A stretch of DNA of 63,557 nt, filler included, from Reclinomonas americana ATCC 50394 (GCA_048213135.1; 5 parts of 2 records of this genome joined end to end with filler, not necessarily neighbours in it), one strand, 5' to 3'; shown: positions 1-12,537, numbered from the whole stretch's first letter. Made by a program: numbers and translations. The notes: a model not told the origin generated them from the letters alone.

Positions 1-36
1 GCATGTTTGTTGATCTTCTTATTTTATTCTCTGCAG

Positions 37-3000
37 ACCCAAGGTCTTCTCGTCGGTCAGTGCAGTGCAGGCGGCGCTGTGGGCCGCCGAGAAGCGCCTG
101 GAGTCGTACTTCCGTGTGTTGGACGTGGTACCGGATGCCGCCATTGCACTGCTGGCAGAGCTCGGAGACCTGGTGGTGCCGGCTGGTGGCAACGCCACGG
201 CGGCCATCGAGGTGCTGCTCATCCGTTCGGTGCTCAACCAGCTGAAGCCAGACTTGCGCGACCACAAGAAGGACGAAGCCATGCCGTCTTTCGAGGAGGC
301 AGACATTCTGGCGGCGCTCAAGTTTGCCGAGGGCGACGAGAAGGGCGAGAGCGAAGAGTGGCGCAAGTCTGTGCAGGACTGGCTGCTGAAGACCTCGTCG
401 GTGCGCTCGGCGATCGAGTATCTCTTCTCCACCGTCGGTGGCTGTTGCGTTTTGATGGCAGGTCTGTCTCTCTTTTACGCGCTCACCTTCATTTGGGTAC
501 AGCCAATGCGGAGATCGAACTGATTCGTCGCGACTGGCGCCTCATTCGACTCACCGAGCACTTTGTGCGCGATGTGGCATTGTCGATTGGCTTGCCGCGT
601 CGCTTGGTGCAGCTGTTCTGGTTCCGTGCCCCCGAAGCAGTGGCGTTGCCGCCGTCGGTGGGATTGGAGAATACGATGCGCCTGCTCACCCTCCTCAACC
701 GCTACTACGCGCGCAAGGGTGATGAGCACGAGTGCTTTGTGTGCTACAACATCCCGAAGGATGGCGTGCGCACCAAGTGCTGCCATCGAATCATCTGCCG
801 CGAGTGTGCGGTGTCCTGTTTCACGCAGCGTTGCGTGCGCTTGCCGACCGCCGAGCATCTACTAATTGGTCAATCGACTCATTGTGTTCACGCCGGGGGT
901 TTGCAGACATGACCAAGTGCGCGTGGTGCCGCAGTCAGGATCTCATCACCATGGACATCAACTTTGAGGACCTNNNNNNNNNNNNNNNNNNNNNNNNNNN
1001 NNNNNNNNNNNNNNNNNNNNNNNNNNNNNNNNNNNNNNNNNNNNNNNNNNNNNNNNNNNNNNNNNNNNNNNNNNNNNNNNNNNNNNNNNNNNNNNNNNNN
1101 NNNNNNNNNNNNGACGGCGGAAGAGAATCTCTTCTTGTCGCACGAGAAGGAGCGCCTGATGAAGGAGAAGTGCAGGTGCGCACGATGCAACTCCCATGTT
1201 TCTCAGTTGCTCGTGCTGACACCATTTGCTTCCTCCATTTCTCTCAGCTTGCTGATGGAGTTCTACATTGCGCACTTTGTTTTCGAGGCCGGCGACGATC
1301 TCATGAACACGCAGATGATGTCGCTGCTGATTGATCTGGTGAGTGTGGCGCTGTCGCCCTGGCTGTTTCGTCGCTCGAGTCGCTCACTGCTCGCCGGCAG
1401 ATCTCTGGACGCAACTTTGGCGACGAGGAGGCGGCACCGGCGGCGGCCGATGCGGGACGCGGTGGTGCCTCGTTCTTTGCCGACTTTAAGCTCTCCATCT
1501 CCACTCGTGTGTCTGTGCTGCGTCGTCTGCTGAGTGTTGGCAGCAAGGCTGCGGCGGTGGCACCAGCGGCCGCTGGAGTCGCTGGCCACTTCCTCGCCGG
1601 CAGCAGTGCTGCTGGTGGAGGTGCGTCCAATCTGTGCTCGACCACCAAAAAACAATTTGATCTCATTGTGCGTGCGTGCGTGCGTCGGCAGCAGAGTCGG
1701 CGGTGGCTTCGGTCAACGTGGTCAAGCAGCTGTTGGCGGAGCGTGTGGCGGCCGAGTATGCCCACCACGGCGAGAGCTTGTCGTTCGACCTGGCCCTGTT
1801 GTTGGTGCAGGCTGCGGAAGATGAGTGGCACAACAAGCTGCGGTGCGTGATGCAGTCCTGCTATGGCGTACTCGCGTCAGTCTCTTTATCTCCGTGCTCA
1901 CGTGTGTGCACGGGCAGCTCAACATTGATGCAAGAGTGCCGTGGCGACTTTGTGGTGCTGTGCGACACGGTTGTACGGCAGGCACTTGCTCGCGGTCAGC
2001 CGCCCGACATGCCCGACGTGAACGTGCTGGCGCGCCTCAATGCCCCGGCGGCGTTCTCAGCCTTGCAACTCATTGGCTACGTTCGTGCCTTCCTCACCCT
2101 GTACAGCCGTGTGCTCGCTGAGAATCGTTGCGTTTTTTTGGTTTTGTGCGCGTTTCCCACACACCATGCATGGCACACTTGTTTTCTCACTCCGATTGCT
2201 CGCTTCACTGCAGCGGCGGCGTGTGAGGACCCGCGCGTCGGAAGCGTGGCCGACATGGTGTTGAATGTGCCGTTGCCGGCGCAGCGTGCGTGCCGCATGT
2301 TTGTCGTCAAGCAGTGGGAGCGTGCATCGGGCCGCACCGCCGCTCGTGGCATGCTGCAGCGTCTGAAACTGGCCAACTCTGGGTGGGTGACATCGTGGAT
2401 CGAGCACGAGGCGCAGGTGTCGCGATTCGCCACCGGCTCCGCGTCGCTCCCGTCAGATGATCCGTTCCGCTACCGGGTGAGTGTGCTGCCGTGGTGACGC
2501 GATTGTGCAGTATTGTTTTTTTGTCTGACGGTGGTGATCGTCCCAGACGGCACANNNNNNNNNNNNNNNNNNNNCGCCCGCCTGTACACTGAGCTCAGCG
2601 GCGTGTTCTCGGCCGTGCTCAACGACGGCGAGGTCGAAAATGTGCGTGTGTCATTCGACGCCCACGCCGGCGACAGCCACTTTGCCGAGGCGGCGTTGCT
2701 GGCCATCTTCTACCATGTGCACACTGTGTACCTCACGCACCTGTCGCCGTCGCTGTGCGCCAATCTGGAGCGCCTGGCGGAATTCATTCGCACCTGCGAC
2801 GCCCTGGAATCCATGCCGCAAGTGCGTGAGCTGGCTGCCTGCATGGTGGCCAATCGGTTCCCGCATCTGCAGTTGCGATTTGGGGAAAAAGAAATAGTAG
2901 TGCGTGAAGCGGACGAGGAGTCTCGTACTTATGCGCATTATTGTGTGTGTGTGTGTGTGTGTGTGTGTTGGCACTGCAGACGCACTGCGGCACAGGAGCT

Positions 3001-6000
3001 CTTTGAGCTCGGCGAGCACACGACGCTGCAGCACATGCTTCTGCTGCGCGTCATTGTGCACTCAGTGGCGCTGGCCACCATCTATGTCGACGTGAATCCG
3101 TTCGAAACGTTGCTGTGCCACGTGTCGTCGCTGGTGGACCGCTGCCTGTTCACCATGCCGGAAGACGACCGCGCGGCTCTGCAAGGTCTGTTTTGTTGTT
3201 TGCGTAATAATACGTGTGATTAAGCTGGCACTGAGTGCATTCGCATCAGCCGCCATGCCTGGAGGATGGTACGAGTGCCCGAACGGACACACGTACTACG
3301 TCAGTGAGTGCGGTCAGCCGATGCAGCGGTACAATTGCCCCGAGTGCGGCGCCGACATTGGTGGCTCCGACCACGTGCTGCTCGATACGAACAAGAGGGT
3401 GAGGCGTCGCGAGTGTGCTGCGTGGCGATGATCCCTTGTGCTCACGCGAGGCTCCTCTGTTTTCTGTTTTGTCAGATCAATGGCGAGGACCGCAGTCCGG
3501 CGGGCTACGCTCTGCGGCCGGCTGCGCAGGAGTCGGAGCTGTACTTGAGCTATCGTGGCATGCAGCCGTCGTCTCTCCGTGTGCTGCGTATCGTGATGCA
3601 CTCGCTTCTGCTGGCGGCATACGCCACCACAGACCCTCACGTGGTGGCTTTCGAACGCATTGTCAACAACACGTACGGCCGACCACAGGTACGATACAAT
3701 GCAGCCTTCTTTGCCACTCTTGAAACTCATCGCCTTCCTGTGTCTGCGTCGTCAGCGTCCTATCGATTTCTTTGTCGAGCACTTGCGCGGAGACTTCACC
3801 TTGCTTCGACGCATGGTCGACAAGAATGAGGAGGACACGTCGATCTTTGTGCACTTGTCGCTGTCGGCCCTGCAGGCAGAACCATCGTTGCGTCGCCCTT
3901 TTTTTGATTAACAAACGCGTGCGTGTGTCAGTTTATTCACCAAGATCGCCACCACAGCAAATGGGGTGTGGAGTGTTTCACTCGTGAGACACGCAAGCCG
4001 TGGGAGCTGGCCGTGCAGGGCGTGTTGGGCAAGATCTCCAACAACCTGGACGATCATCTGCGCCAGTACCACGCCGCCATGCAGAGCGACGAGGGTGCAC
4101 AGGCTGGTTTCTTCACCGAGGTACGTGTGGCACCGAAGAGAGGCTGTCCGGCGAGCTGTGCACTGACGCGAGAATGTGTTGCACAGGTCACCGAGTCGAA
4201 TCCAGTCATTCGAGAGCCTGCTGGCAGCTTGATCACCGCCATGCGCTTCCGCAAGCACTTCTCCATTGATGACATGCGCACGCAGTTCACCAAGGACGGT
4301 GCCAACATCCAGAGCTTCCCGATTTTGAGTGCCATTCTCACCAGGAAGGAGCACTTTGACTGCGTGCGGTACGTACCGTCCGTCCGTTGCACGCTCCGTG
4401 CTACCAATCACCTCACCTGCTCATCTCGTAGGTTCTTGTACTCCACCATTCGCTGGTACCAGTTGGTGCTCAATCGCTTCAACCGCAAGATTGAGCGCGA
4501 CTTTGCTCGCGAGACCACCATTGGTTCCGTGATCATGGGCATCGAGTCGGATGCCGACCGACAGGGTTGCGTCTTCACTATTCTCGATCGCACATTGGTT
4601 GGAAAAAAACGTGTCATTGACGCGCCATGTTTTTTCGTTATTTTGTTTGCGCAGTGTGGCAAGAGTCATTTGGAGGCTTTGCGGCTGCGTGGCGCGCCGG
4701 CTGGGCCAATGTCGATCGGTACGGCTGCTTGGAGATCCCGCCGCCGTACAAGGCCACCGAGATGGGGCCGAACACGCCGCTCTCGTTCTGCACCGCCAAC
4801 GAGAAGGACGAATCGATCTGCATGTTGGCCATCTTGCGCCACTTGGTCGACAAGCACAACGAGATCATTGAGGCGGCCACCACCTCGCAAACGCGCGCTT
4901 TCAAGGCCGAGCAGCTGAAGTGTTGCGTGCACAAATCACAACCGCCTTTCGTGTCTGTTGGCACTCACCGCTGCCGTGTCACAGTGTCGACNNNNNNNNN
5001 NNNNNNNNNNNGCCGACCATCACCAGTCGCCAGATGGATCCGAGCCACGTGGTGGCCTACGATTTCGAGGGCGAGATTGCCAGCTTTGTGCAAGATCACT
5101 GCACTGTGTCGCTCAAGTATGGCGATGGCGGCACTTTGTTCTACGACTTTGCCGCCATTGAGCAGTTCATCATCGACTCGTTCGTACACTCGCGCTGCTT
5201 GCGTTTTATTTCTCTTGCGTGTGACTCACTGTATGCGCCGTCAGCTACTTTGCCGGCAAGCCGCTCATCCAGCTGGAGATTCGCGTGTTCGATTTTATCG
5301 ACGAGCAGCGCAGCGTTGGCGGCTTGCAGAGCCTGCGCACCAAGTTGGCTCAGATGGAGCTGCCGTCGGGTGCGTTTTTTTTTTCTCGTGTTCTTGTGAG
5401 TGGCGATGCCGATCCCTCGCACACGCAACGCGTCTGCGTAGATGTGCGCGATCGCATTCGTCTCGAGCTCGGCTCAACCGACAATGCACGTGTGGCACGT
5501 CGCATCATCGAGACTGTCATCAGCTTCGTGCAGGCCACAGGTGGTACGATGGTACAGCGTCTCGAGGACCAGGCTGGTGAGCAGCTGGTGTTCGACTACG
5601 TGCGCGATGTGCTGTTGATGTCCGACGGCGTCGACGTGCTCGGCACACCGACACTGTCGGCGGTGGTGCGCCTGAAGCATCTCATCTCGCTGTTCAACCT
5701 CGTCGAGGTACTGTCGCATATGTTGCTGTGGTATGGGAGAGGACGAATGGTGTTTATGCTGACGCTCCTCTTTCGTGTGTGCTTCGTGCAGAGCATGCTC
5801 GTCAGTAATCCGATGATGGATGTGCGGCCGAAGGTTGATGGCTGATTCTGTCACCGCTTTTCGTCTCTGCATTCCGCTCACCTATGCGTGTGTGCGTGTA
5901 CCCTACAGTACAAGGAGCCTCTAACGGAGGATCAGGCGACGGAGCTCAAATCGGCATGTGCAACCATGGACACGGCGCTCTTGTCGACGTCCATGCGCGA

Positions 6001-6276
6001 GTTCGCCATTGACACTCTGCGCGAGGACACACTGGGCACGGCGCAGTCGCTCAAGCTCGTTCTTTCGTACGTCGAGACGAGCGACAATTCTGGTGCGCCA
6101 TCATCCCCCCCGCCTCCGATCCCTGTCCTTCACGCACTCACTGCTCTGTGCGCCGAACAGGTCGTACGTTTGTCGACTTTGGCTGGTTCGATCGCTTCCC
6201 GGAGTCACTGACCATGGCCAACTGGGTGTCGGCGTACGAGCTCGTCTTGGCGATGCACAATGGCCGCGAGGACTGA
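37..6276 (+). CDS. RNF213: RNF213/mysterin-like E3 ubiquitin ligase, C-terminal part (RING, RZ finger, CTD); multi-exon, 5' end outside window
   Basis: RING CFVC..CCHRIICREC..KCAWC at about 734-930. RZ finger WYECPNGHTYYVSECGQPMQRYNCPECGADIGGSDH at about 3267-3375. Downstream segments resemble the RNF213 C-terminus (YDFAAIEQFII..YFAGKPLI). About 20 GT-AG introns splice in frame to TGA at 6274-6276. Confidence 0.85.
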
Positions 6277-6522
6277 GAGGATAGTGAGGTGTAAACTTCT
6301 TTCGATGACTTACCGTGCATGCACCAACACTTGTGCACATTGGCAATATCGCACACCCACCTGCACGATGATTGCGACGAGTGCAGACGAACCCCACCGT
6401 CTACTCTGCAAAGGCAACACTATCACGAGTACTCAGTTGCCACGAGCAGTCCGTCCGCACCCATCGCCGGCTTCATTGACAGGATCTTTCGTGTCCGGCG
6501 TGCTGGAAAAATCTTGTCATAA

Positions 6523-6670
6523 ATGCGTCGGAGCGGAGGTCGTGCGCCTATCTTCGATGAGGTCAAGCAGCAGTACGATGAGGCTAAGCGGCACTACGAC
6601 AGTGGTGACTATGCCACCGCCGCACCCCCCCTCGCTCGCTGCATGCGCGACTTTGAGGACTTGCGCGCGC
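6523..6670 (+). pseudogene. Truncated 5' relic of the TPR-kinase-RING gene family
   Basis: MRRSGGRAPIFDEVKQQYDEAKRHYDSGDYATAAPPLARCMRDFEDLR aligns with the N-termini at 6900 and 37483; homology then stops and the frame closes at 6747. Confidence 0.75.
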
Positions 6671-6899
6671 GGTTCGATGCATGCATGGATCACGACCTCG
6701 ACCTCGATCGTCGAGCTTGTCGATCTGTCGCGCATGTGGGATCATAAGCACTTCTCCATGTTTGTACTTCGCTTGGCGATGGGTGATCTGCGCAACGTGT
6801 GTCGATATTACAGCCTCTTCTTGAGTGAACTTCGAACTGTCTGCCAATACATGTCAAAAAAGTCCTTTTGTGGTTATCGTCCGGCGTGTGTTTGTCGTC

Positions 6900-9800
6900 A
6901 TGCAACGACGCGAAGGCCCGACGCCGAGTTTCGATGAGATAAGGCAGCAGTATGATGAAGCCAGACGGCTCTGCGACAGCGGTGATCATGCCACTGCCGC
7001 ACCCATTCTCAGTTCCTGCCTAAGAGATTTTGAGGACTTGCGCGGCCCTGACGACGACGCGACTCTTGTGTGCGCCTTCAAGTATGCGGTCGCGCTCCGC
7101 GAGTCGGGAGACACGCAGAGCGCATTGTCGCTGTTCGACGATGTGCTGGAGAGGAGGAAGCGTCTGTTGGGCGCGACTCACAAGAGAACGTTGCAGACAG
7201 CTTTCAACAAGGGTCGCACACTTGTGGCACTCAAGTGGTACGACGAGGCCATTGCATTGCTGCGCGACACGGCGGCGAAGCAGGAACGCTACGTGGATGA
7301 AGGTGATCAGGAGGTGTTGGATACGTTACACTGTCTGGCTTTCGCGCTCGTCGGTAACAGGGAGTACGAGGAGTCAGTTCGAGTCTCGCGTGACGTTGTG
7401 CGCCGGAGACGTGAAGTGTTGGGTGCGGATCACCCTGCAACACTGACGAGCATGCACAATATGGCATGCGCACTGGCCGATGCAGGTGGCTTGACCAATC
7501 TGGAGGAGGCTTTGCAGATCTACGAGGAAGTCTTGCCGCTTCGTCGTCGCGTGCTGGGGCCGAACCACGTGCACACCCAGCACACTGCCGACAACCTTTC
7601 CGAAACCCAAGCAGAGCTGGCCGTTGCGCGGCGACGTCGTGACGCTGCACGCATATTCCGTGCGTATCCTTGCATCATGCTTCGTGTTTATGCGCTTGTA
7701 CATGTTGACGGTTTTGCGTGATGCGCAGCGCCTTCGAGGTCTTCAGCCTCTGCGTACATCGCACCACCACATACACCGCGGCCAGTGCACCGCTCGCCAC
7801 CAGTGTACGACGCACCGCCAGCGTTCGGCTCTCCTCCGGCAGCAGCAGCATACGTCCCTCCACCAGTGCTACCTCAAGCCCCAGCTGCAGCATTCGCCGC
7901 TCCTGCAGCGTACGGCTATCCTCAAATGTACCCACCACCAGTGTACGACGCACCTCCACCGTACCAAGCACCCCCAGTGTTCTCCCCGGCTCCACGAATG
8001 GCTTACCCGCCGGTGAGGAATGACAACATTATTGATGCTATGTTGACGCTCATCGAGATTGAGTGCAACAGCCACCGCAAGTGAACTCGGGCCGCGAGCA
8101 GGAGCTGGAGGCGACTATTGCACAACTGCAACGCGACCTGACGGAGCAGCGAGCGACAGCACAGCAGCAAGATGCCACGATTGCGCAGGTGCTGGATGAG
8201 GCGGACGTGCAGCAGGCGGCTGTCCGCGAGCGAACAGCTCAAGTGGATGCATTGCAACAGCAAGTGCAGCAACATGAAGCCACCATTGCGCAGCTGAGGC
8301 GGGAGGTAGAGGAGCAGCGGCAGCAGCAGCAGACGGCTGTCCGCGAGCGAAATGCCCAAGCGGATGTGTTGCAGCAGCGCGTACAACAACAAGATGCCAC
8401 CATTGGGCGATTGCGGCGCGAGGTGGAGATGCAGCGGTTGCATGTGCAGCCACAGCGAGAAGCCGCGGTGCAGCGCTTGCGCGAGGAATGTGCGGCTCTT
8501 CGAGTCTCCTTGGAGCGAATGGACGAGCAGCGGCAGCAAGAGTACGACCGCGCACAGCGACTGGCCGCTGATTTGGCCGCCGCGCAGCACGAGCTCAACC
8601 ATCGTGGTGAGTGCGAGTGAGTGTGCGGCAAAGATTGCTTGTGCTCATGTGCAGCTTTGCAGTTCCACTGACGGTCTTTTCGTGGAGGCAAATCGGCGCC
8701 ATGACAAATGGCTTTGCTCGTCGTCTTGGCGTGGGTGGACAGGGAAGCGTGTTTTCTGGCGCGTGGAAGGAGCAGCAGGTGGCCGTCAAAGTGTTCGACA
8801 GCGATGCGCCGTGGTGCATCGAGTCGTTCTCCAATGAGGTGAGAGTATTCGTGTGGGGAGACCTGGCCATGGTGATCATCGCATTTTGTTTACCGTTATT
8901 TGCTGGGTGCAGTTGGAGAAACTAAAGAATGTGATGGTGCCTGGCGTGGTTCGCATTATTGGGTTTGCCGAGTCTGACCGTGGTGAAAAGTGCATTGTGC
9001 TGGAGGCCATGAGGTTGGTGGATATTGCGTATTCCTGCTGGTTGCATGCAATTCTTCTGGCACGTTGTTGCTGATGCACTGTCTTTCTCTTGATCATTCT
9101 CAAGCGAGCACAACCTCGAGCACCGGTTGTTGGAGTATCAAGCACTCGGATTGTCCGTCATGGCCATCGAGGAACGGATGACATGCCTGCTTCGCTGTTC
9201 GGAGATCGTGGCGGCATTGCACAGGTGAGGCAGCGGATGAAGTGGGAAGTCGGGTGCTTGTGGTCGTTTCTCATCATCTCTTGTTGTACAGGATGGTTTG
9301 TGTTACTGTCGTGCTACTTGATGACGTCGTTTCTCACTCCCCTTCCCTCTCACTGTCACTGCTTTCTGTTCTCGCCTTCACCCAGAATGGTGAGTCTCCG
9401 TGAACTCGGTTGTGAGTGATTTGACCTCGCTTGTTAACCATGATTCGCAGTCATTCACCGCGACCTGAAGCCCGCCAACATCCTGTTTGACGAGCGTGGC
9501 CAGGCGTGCATCTCGGACCTGGGAATCGCGCACTGGTTCCGCACCGCCGGGGTGAGTGTGCACTCTCTCTTCCCTCGCCTTCCCACCGATAATATACTCA
9601 TGAGTGCACGTGTGGCGACAAGCAGACACACCTGTCGGTGCAGTTTGCAGGCGACCACGACTATGCCGATCCGCAGGCACTGCGTGGCATTCTGCGCCCG
9701 ACTGCCGACGTGTACATGTACTGCCTCGGACTCATTCTGCTGCAACTATTCTCCAGTCAGCCGATTGCCGAGGTACACAAGTGGATCGAGGGAATGGTGG

Positions 9801-10282
9801 AGGACGACGACGCGGCGAGACTCGATGAGGCCGCTGTGCTGCTGGCCGACGCCGCGGTCGGCCGGGAATGGCCCACTTCCGTCTGTCGCCGTCTTGTGCG
9901 GTTGGCCATGCGGTGAGTAGTAAGCATCAGCCCCGTTGCATATTTGCACTGCGTAGGTTTCCCTCAGAATTCGAGAAACAGATGTGTCGACCATCGACCT
10001 AATCGCCGACCGAGTGCCGACGAGCTGGTGGCCGAGATGCGCGATCTCACTGCGTTGTCGTGCCGTCGCGCCTGCGTTCTCTGTTATGATGTGCGCGAAA
10101 CTCGACTGCGTCCGTGCGGACACGAGGTGGTGTGCCGCAACTGTGCGCAGCAAGTGGTCGAGCGACGTGGCAAATGTCCTCTCTGTCGCACCTCGGTCAC
10201 TCGCTTCGACTCGGGAGATGAGTACGGCTATCACACACTTGTGCTGGCGCCGCCGTCAGCTGCGGCCGCCGCGAGCCCGTGA
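6900..10282 (+). CDS. TPR (kinesin-light-chain-like) - Pro-rich - coiled coil - IRAK/Pelle/RLCK-like kinase - RING protein, paralog A
   Basis: TPRs of about 42 aa (LGxxHPxTL). In-frame GT-AG introns link them to a Pro/Tyr-rich exon, a Gln-rich coiled coil and a kinase (FSWRQI..TNGF..LGVGGQGSV, VAVK, HRDLKPAN, DLG, DVY), then a RING CVLC..PCGH..CRNC..CPLC; stop at 10282. Confidence 0.8.
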
Positions 10283-10355
10283 TGACTGTTGGCAAGTGCA
10301 AACATGTAATTACAGATTTCATTTGGCAAGAATCTCTCTCTCTATCTACTCTCGT

Positions 10356-11075
10356 CTACTGCGTGCAGCTGTCAAACGGAGACTGACTGCAGGTGGCACC
10401 ACTGTAGCTGCCGCAGCAGTTGCCGTTGCCGAGGTGAGTGCTGGTGCCGGGGCACGAGGCGGTGCCAGCGGCCACGGCGGGGTAGTTGTTGCAGGCGTAG
10501 TGGCACTGGCAAGTCAGATCGACCGTGCAGTAACCGTGGTTGTTGCATGCGCCGGGGGCATCAGTGCACACCGGCACCGGCGGCCACGCAGCCGGGAACG
10601 GCGAGTTCTCGCAGTGGCTGCCCGACCAGCTGCCGCAGCAGTTGCCTGTGAGGGAGAGAGAGAGGGAGGAGAGTTGAGTCATTGCGGAAATGGAGCAGAG
10701 GAGCAGACAAGTGACAAACCGTTGCCAGCATTGTCGGTGCCGGGCGGGCACACGGCAGTGCCGAGGGCCACCTGCACGTAGTTGACGCAGTTGTAGTAGC
10801 AGGCGCAGGTGAGGTCGGGCTTGCAGAAGCCGTTGCTGTTGCAGGCACCCGGCTCGTTGGTGCACACGGCGACTGGCGGCCACACGGCGGGGAAGGGAGA
10901 GACGTCGCAGTTGGCGCCCGAGTAGAAGCCGCAGCAGTTGCCGTTGGTGAGGTCGCTGGTGTTGGGTGGGCACGAGGCGGTGCCGAGGCGCACAGCGTCG
11001 TAGTTCTTGCAGGTGTAGGCGCACGAATCGGCCAGTGCGACGGCCACACAGACGGCCAGCACGGCGACAAAGAGG
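10356..11075 (-). CDS. Secreted cysteine-rich 74-aa repeat protein with EGF-like elements, copy A; start codon lies in the gap
   Basis: Signal-peptide-like LFVAVLAVCVAVALA, one intron, near-identical to 33007-33744. Confidence 0.85.
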   Translation of the reverse strand, partial: PLCRRAGRLCGRRTGRFVRLHLQELRRCAPRHRLVPTQHQRPHQRQLLRLLLGRQLRRLSLPRRVAASRRVHQRAGCLQQQRLLQARPHLRLLLQLRQLRAGGPRHCRVPARHRQCWQRFVTCLLLCSISAMTQLSSLSLSLTGNCCGSWSGSHCENSPFPAAWPPVPVCTDAPGACNNHGYCTVDLTCQCHYACNNYPAVAAGTASCPGTSTHLGNGNCCGSYSGATCSQSPFDSCTQ

Positions 11076-11487
11076 NNNNNNNNNNNNNNNNNNNNNNNNN
11101 NNNNTTATGGCCTTTTCCCGAATTCGATGTGCCGTGTACGATCGCAGAAAACGCTATGCGTCTATGCAAGTGCGTCAAATCCACTGGTCAACCACGCTTA
11201 TGCGGTGAAGATCGCAGTTCTCGACTTGTTCGGAGCTCCGAGAGCGAACACACACACACAAGGAACCTGCTGCTGCCTCAAGATTGGTGTCTGTGTTGAT
11301 GTTTTGGATACGGCTGAACTTGGTCATCAAGACAGCTGTTGCTTGTTTGTTGGTGAATGAATTGTTGTTGTTGTTGCACTCCGTGGTGACACAGACAATC
11401 ACTTCCGTCAACGCTCGTGTGCCCGTGTGTTTGGGCGCTGTGCTCACAGACTCTTGACGAAAACAATCACGATTGATATTTCTTGGT

Positions 11488-12176
11488 TTACAGCGGATGT
11501 TCTTCATCGATTTCGTCGTCCCCGGGCGTCAGCGACTGCGCGCGTGCGATTCGGATTTGGAATTCGACTTTGAGCAGATTGGATCGCGCGGCTGCCAGCT
11601 CGGGGTCAATAGCCAAGGCACGCTCAAGCGACTGCCTGGCCATGTGAAGATCTCCTTGCCCGATGTAGACGAGCGCCACGTTGTTGTGTGCCTGCGACGA
11701 GGAGTATTGAGACCACGTCGAGGTGTCGAATCAGCATGGTACACGCAAACGAAACTACAGCATTGTCGGGCTCCTTCTCCAGACACCGTCTGAAGGCCTC
11801 CATGGCGTCCTCGTAGAGGCCTGCGGGCAAGTGTCGATGTGAGACGGCAGACACATGCGTGGGAAAGAGAGACAATATTCGCACCTTGATGTCGCAGCAG
11901 GTTGCCAAGATTGTTCTGAATGGAGGGTCGTGCATCGAGCTCGAGAGCCTTGTTGTAGACCACACCGGCCTCTTGAAGCTCTCCATTGAGGTGCATGGCC
12001 AGGCCTACGAACACGGGGGAAATGTGAGAGAATAAATCAGCGCAGTAAAACGCCGATTGTACACCACGTACCGAGATCGCTCCACACAATCGGCGACAGC
12101 AGATCACGCAGTACGGATTGTTTGAAGAATTCCGCGGCCATGTCGTACGCGCCTTCCGTGAGGCACAGCATGCCCA
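11488..12176 (-). CDS. 3' exons of a TPR protein, probably the continuation of the gene at 12719 / 16820
   Basis: TPR motifs IQNNLGNLLRHQ, YEDAMEAFRRCLE, HNNVALVYIGQG..ALAIDPELAAARSNL; stop at 11488. Confidence 0.7.
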
Positions 12177-12293
12177 GCTAAACATAACAACTGCGTGAGA
12201 AAGCATGACGCACAACANNNNNNNNNNNNNNNNNNNNTCTCCTCCTCCTCCTCCTTCCTTCTCTCTCTCTCTCTCTCGTCTCTCCTCCTCCTC

Positions 12294-12347
<54 letters not shown>

Positions 12348-12436
12348 AGTGTGCAAGAGGTAACAATGCAGACCGCGGACGAGCAGCATTCTCTCTTACT
12401 CTTTTCTCTTTCTCTCTGTGTGTGTTGTTGTATGTA

Positions 12437-12537
12437 CCCATGGAAGGCGCAATGAGTGTGGGAGCATCGTCGCCGGCGAACCCGGCCTTGCACGAGTCCG
12501 ACCCAAAGTCAAAGATCACTGTGAGCTTCTCGTCCAT
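12437..12537 (-). CDS. First exon of actin-related protein (duplicate of 18214)
   Basis: MDEKLTVIFDFGSDSCKAGFAGDDAP is the actin phosphate-1 motif. Confidence 0.8.

Noticed and set aside
830-836. GC-AG reading of the GTTGCG donors (cut 3 nt later)
   Set aside because: It would add an extra residue at conserved positions in RPS23 and SMT, so the GT cut is preferred.
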